In this document: piece after piece, positions 4,517 through 7,250 of the stretch
Layout of the letters: each line of letters begins with the position of its first letter
How positions within the stretch are numbered: the first letter of the stretch is position 1
From: an archaeon
Lineage (GTDB): Archaea; Iainarchaeota; Iainarchaeia; Iainarchaeales; CSSED10-239
Direction: 5' to 3'
Assembly (NCBI GenBank): GCA_035387745.1
Contig: DAOOON010000032.1
Span: 1 to 7,250, forward strand
DNA length: 7,250 bases
Made by a program: the position numbers and the translations under genes
Notes under the pieces: model-generated
What the model saw: only the letters and a program-made list of their open reading frames with translations
Told to the model about the DNA's origin: nothing
The model's database searches: none

Positions 4517-7249
4517 TTAGTTATAAATTATTCCATAATCCAAAATATTCAAATCTTCAGAAACTAAAATATATGAAAAAACCTCTCCGCCTTCTTCCAC
4601 AACCTTTGGTGCGGGGTCTCCGCGTAAATCTACGCTTGGAGGGCTAGGCAAAAGATATGGATAACCGTCATTTGTTCCTTCCATGTCCTCAGCCCAAACA
4701 CTTGAAAAGTCCCAATCTGTATATGTGCTTGGATAATCTGGATAAGTCATTTGATCGGTTGTTCTTGGAGATCCCCCTGCGCTTGTTGTTTGCCCAGAAG
4801 TTTCTGTGTTCCAGTAACTATTACTTATGGCAACGGTACTAGATTTAATACCTATTAATCCACCAACGTTTGTTTTTGTTCCAGAAACATTTATATTGCC
4901 TATAGAATAAGAATTATTAATATCATAATTACTAGATGCAGAACCAAATAATCCCCCTATTCTGTAACCTGCCATATCTGTGCTTATATTTACCTTAGAA
5001 TAATTATCTTTAATACCATATTCGTAATCTGGCCAGATATTTTGTAGATGACCTGCTAGTCCCCCAATATATCGCCCTTCATATATTTTGTTATCCGCTA
5101 TAATGATATCTCCTTCTGAATAAGAATTTTGAATAACTACTGCCTCTGACCAACCAATAAGTCCCCCCATATAACCTACATATTGATTAGACTCAGAAAT
5201 TGAAATTGGTTGCATATTTACGATTGCAGAACTATTAACTATAGAACCGCCAATGTGCCCGCCTATGCCGCCCCAAAGTCCAGGAATAGATGCATTTCCA
5301 ATTGCTGGCTGGAATGCCGCATTTGTTATGTTTACCTCGGCGTGAGATTTGATAACGTCTGCAGACCCATAACCTATCAAACCACCAACATTTACATGTG
5401 AATTGATGTTGCCTATAAAAGAACTATTATTTATCTCTATTCCCCCTCCTTCGCCAACTAATCCCCCAGTAAATCCTTGAGATTTAATATTGCCTGTAAC
5501 ATTACAATCGGATATTGTGGTGCCATAAGAATGCACTGCTCCAATTATGCCGCCAACAGCTATGTAAGCAGAATCTGTAAAGTAGCCATCGCCTGCATAA
5601 GTTGGCCCAGAAATGTTTATATCAACTGTACAATCATTAAAACTGTTTGCGTTAGGACCGGTTTCATTAGCATAAAACGATTCACCAACAATTCCCCCGA
5701 CGTTTATGACTCCACGTATTTCGCCAGTAAATGAACAATTGTTAAAATAATTATTTGCAGAAGAGCCAACTATGCCCCCCACCCCGTTTGTTCCTATGCT
5801 CCCTTCAACATTTATATTATCAAACGTAGAATTGGATGCAGAAAATACTAAAGAACCAGATAAAGAGTGACCATTAATATCTACCCCTGTTAAATTTAAA
5901 TTAGAAAAAGAAGAATTATCAACGTTACGGAATAATGCAAAACGGAAACTTGAATCGTTTCTTCTGGAATATAAATTTAGTATTTCATAATCCGCACCAT
6001 CAAAAGAACCAGTAAATGCTGCATCTAGTGTGCCTATTGGATTCCAACCTTTTGTGTCATCATACCAATAATATTCTGAATTTGAAGACATAAGTGCGTG
6101 ATTTAAATCTATGTTATTTCCTAATATAAAGTGCTTACTTAAATTGTATCTAATACAATCTAAATCCCCTGGATTAGAAATTACATAAGGTTTAGATTCT
6201 GTTCCTTCTCCTTTATTTCCTAAATATAAACAACGATCTTTTATACTTTTTTCAATTGTTGCATTATAGTCATAATCTGTGTTTTCATCATTATCGTGTA
6301 ACGTAAACATTAACTTATATTGCCCTGAATATTTACAGCTAAAAGTATCTTTAAAAGAATAATTATAATCATTATAAGTTTTATTCATTAATATATTTAC
6401 AACTTGACCAGAACTACTTATTAAATTCCCGTTATATGAACAAACATTATCTAATAAAGTATTATTTGTATCTAAAACATAAATTTTTGTAATACTTACA
6501 TTACTATCTGAATTGTAATTATTAACATTAATATCTACTCCAAATGGGTCATCGCGATTACTTGTACCGTCTGGCGACAAACTTAAATTTGCTGATAGTC
6601 CTTTTATAGTTATCATAGTTTTAGCTTCTGAGTTTAGATCACAACCAGAAACTTCTGCAAAAACTTTTATTACATAGACGCCTGATTTTGTACTTGAAAG
6701 ATTAGTAATATTATATAAAAAATTGCCAGGTGTGCTTTCAACCATTTCTTGATTAATTTCAAGACCTGTTATTGGTATTTGGGTTTGCCCTTTATAAAAA
6801 ACATCTGTTTGACTTTCATTAAATATTACTTTTTTTATTTTAATAGTTTTACCAGAAAATTCTAACTGTCTTGAAACTAATACCTGTAATTGAAAAATAT
6901 TATTTCCTGGAGCACCTGCAGGAACGCCAGTAACAGGCGTGCGTGTAATTTGTAAAATTGGGGCAGTTGATGGACAATTAGTACAATCACAATCGTCTGG
7001 GCAACCTATACAATTTTCTCCTGGACCACAAAAATCATTACCGCAAGTTTCTATTGGCTGTTGTGGGTCGTTACTTTGTAGATTGTTTTCAATATCAGAA
7101 TAGGTGCCTTGAATATTTGAAGAAGTATCTAATTTCTTTTCAATATTGGTTGAATAAAATAATGCAAAAATAATTGCCCCTACAATAAGAATTCCAAAAA
7201 TTACTAATATTTCTAGAGCAGTTTGTGCTTTCTTTTTTTTTACAATCAT
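4517..7249 (-). CDS. Large surface protein: class III (type IV pilin-like) signal peptide + Cys-rich module + beta-rich region + GLUG-motif repeat domain
   Basis: The N-terminus MIVKKKKA|QTALEILVIFGILIVGAIIFALFY has a basic stretch, a small residue at -1, Q at +1, E at +5 and a ~20-residue hydrophobic helix. Residues 69-92 carry 7 Cys (CGNDFCGPGENCIGCPDDCDCTNC). The lead-in GEGTESKPYVISNPGDLDCIRYNL...FILGNNIDLN...FTGSFDGADYEILNL is typical of GLUG-domain proteins. About 10 repeats of GG(I/L)(I/V/A/F)G follow (GGIVG x2, GGIIG, GGLVG, GGLIG x3, GGLAG, GGLFG plus a degenerate GGIGGHIGG). The C-terminal cap is YWNTETSGQTTSAGGSPRTTDQM...WDFSSVW...GYPYL. Confidence 0.85.
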   Translation of the reverse strand: MIVKKKKAQTALEILVIFGILIVGAIIFALFYSTNIEKKLDTSSNIQGTYSDIENNLQSNDPQQPIETCGNDFCGPGENCIGCPDDCDCTNCPSTAPILQITRTPVTGVPAGAPGNNIFQLQVLVSRQLEFSGKTIKIKKVIFNESQTDVFYKGQTQIPITGLEINQEMVESTPGNFLYNITNLSSTKSGVYVIKVFAEVSGCDLNSEAKTMITIKGLSANLSLSPDGTSNRDDPFGVDINVNNYNSDSNVSITKIYVLDTNNTLLDNVCSYNGNLISSSGQVVNILMNKTYNDYNYSFKDTFSCKYSGQYKLMFTLHDNDENTDYDYNATIEKSIKDRCLYLGNKGEGTESKPYVISNPGDLDCIRYNLSKHFILGNNIDLNHALMSSNSEYYWYDDTKGWNPIGTLDAAFTGSFDGADYEILNLYSRRNDSSFRFALFRNVDNSSFSNLNLTGVDINGHSLSGSLVFSASNSTFDNINVEGSIGTNGVGGIVGSSANNYFNNCSFTGEIRGVINVGGIVGESFYANETGPNANSFNDCTVDINISGPTYAGDGYFTDSAYIAVGGIIGAVHSYGTTISDCNVTGNIKSQGFTGGLVGEGGGIEINNSSFIGNINSHVNVGGLIGYGSADVIKSHAEVNITNAAFQPAIGNASIPGLWGGIGGHIGGSIVNSSAIVNMQPISISESNQYVGYMGGLIGWSEAVVIQNSYSEGDIIIADNKIYEGRYIGGLAGHLQNIWPDYEYGIKDNYSKVNISTDMAGYRIGGLFGSASSNYDINNSYSIGNINVSGTKTNVGGLIGIKSSTVAISNSYWNTETSGQTTSAGGSPRTTDQMTYPDYPSTYTDWDFSSVWAEDMEGTNDGYPYLLPSPPSVDLRGDPAPKVVEEGGEVFSYILVSEDLNILDYGIIYN
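4850..5779 (-). repeat. Protein-level GLUG-motif repeat array (residues ~491-800)
   Basis: GG[IL][IVAF]G recurs every ~25-45 residues, each preceded by N/V-rich beta-strand-like segments (INVGG, NVGGL). This is a protein-level repeat, not a DNA-identical one. Confidence 0.75.
7151..7249 (-). other. Predicted class III signal peptide / N-terminal hydrophobic helix (residues 1-33) of the GLUG protein
   Basis: KKKKA|QTALE followed by ILVIFGILIVGAIIFALFY. The pattern matches substrates of archaeal prepilin peptidases (PibD/FlaK/EppA type). Confidence 0.6.
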
Positions 7250-7250
7250 T

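Noticed and set aside
4616-4624. RGD tripeptide (DLRGDPAP) near the C-terminus of the GLUG protein
   Set aside because: A three-residue motif is expected by chance in a 910-aa protein. Integrin-type recognition has no obvious relevance to a prokaryote-associated archaeon.
4657-5734. Plus-strand ORFs 4657..4842, 5210..5401 and 5477..5734 antisense to the GLUG gene
   Set aside because: They are embedded in a 910-codon ORF with a coherent domain architecture. Their translations are Cys/Arg/Tyr-rich with no recognisable motifs. They are most simply explained as chance open antisense frames within a long, well-supported gene.
1-7250. CRISPR arrays, rRNA or tRNA genes, alternative genetic code
   Set aside because: There are no regularly spaced short direct repeats and no structured GC-rich RNA-like segments. 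All three long ORFs read through cleanly under the standard code, with TAA stops.

Overview
AT-rich window with no Shine-Dalgarno motifs, TATA-like boxes about 25 nt upstream of start codons and oligo-T tracts after stops. Together with one protein carrying an archaeal class III (type IV pilin-like) signal peptide, this suggests a small-genome archaeon such as a DPANN-type episymbiont; that lineage call is inference only. There are four genes. (1) 1..133 (-) is the 5' end of a secreted-protein gene cut by the window edge and absent from the ORF track. (2) 374..1822 (+) is an AAA+ ATPase of the AAA_14/DUF4143 type, with Walker A/B motifs and a C-terminal D...ExK nuclease-like motif. (3) 1984..4386 (-) is a Sec-secreted M6 (immune-inhibitor-A-like) zinc metalloprotease with a HEFAH motif and three tandem chitobiase/hexosaminidase-C-like domains. 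(4) 4517..7249 (-) is a 910-aa surface protein with a pilin-like signal, a Cys-rich module, a beta-rich region and about 10 GLUG-type GG[IL][IV]G repeats. The most notable structure is a perfect 96-bp direct repeat (1..96 = 4254..4349). It shows that the truncated left gene and the M6 protease share an identical signal-peptide core and mature N-terminus, while their start-proximal 37 nt and promoters have diverged. The promoters still keep co-positioned TATA-like and TAACTG elements. The region reads as a surface/secretome island (pilin-signal GLUG adhesin-like protein plus paralogous proteases) interrupted by an ATPase-nuclease gene. I found no rRNA, tRNA, CRISPR array or transposase.
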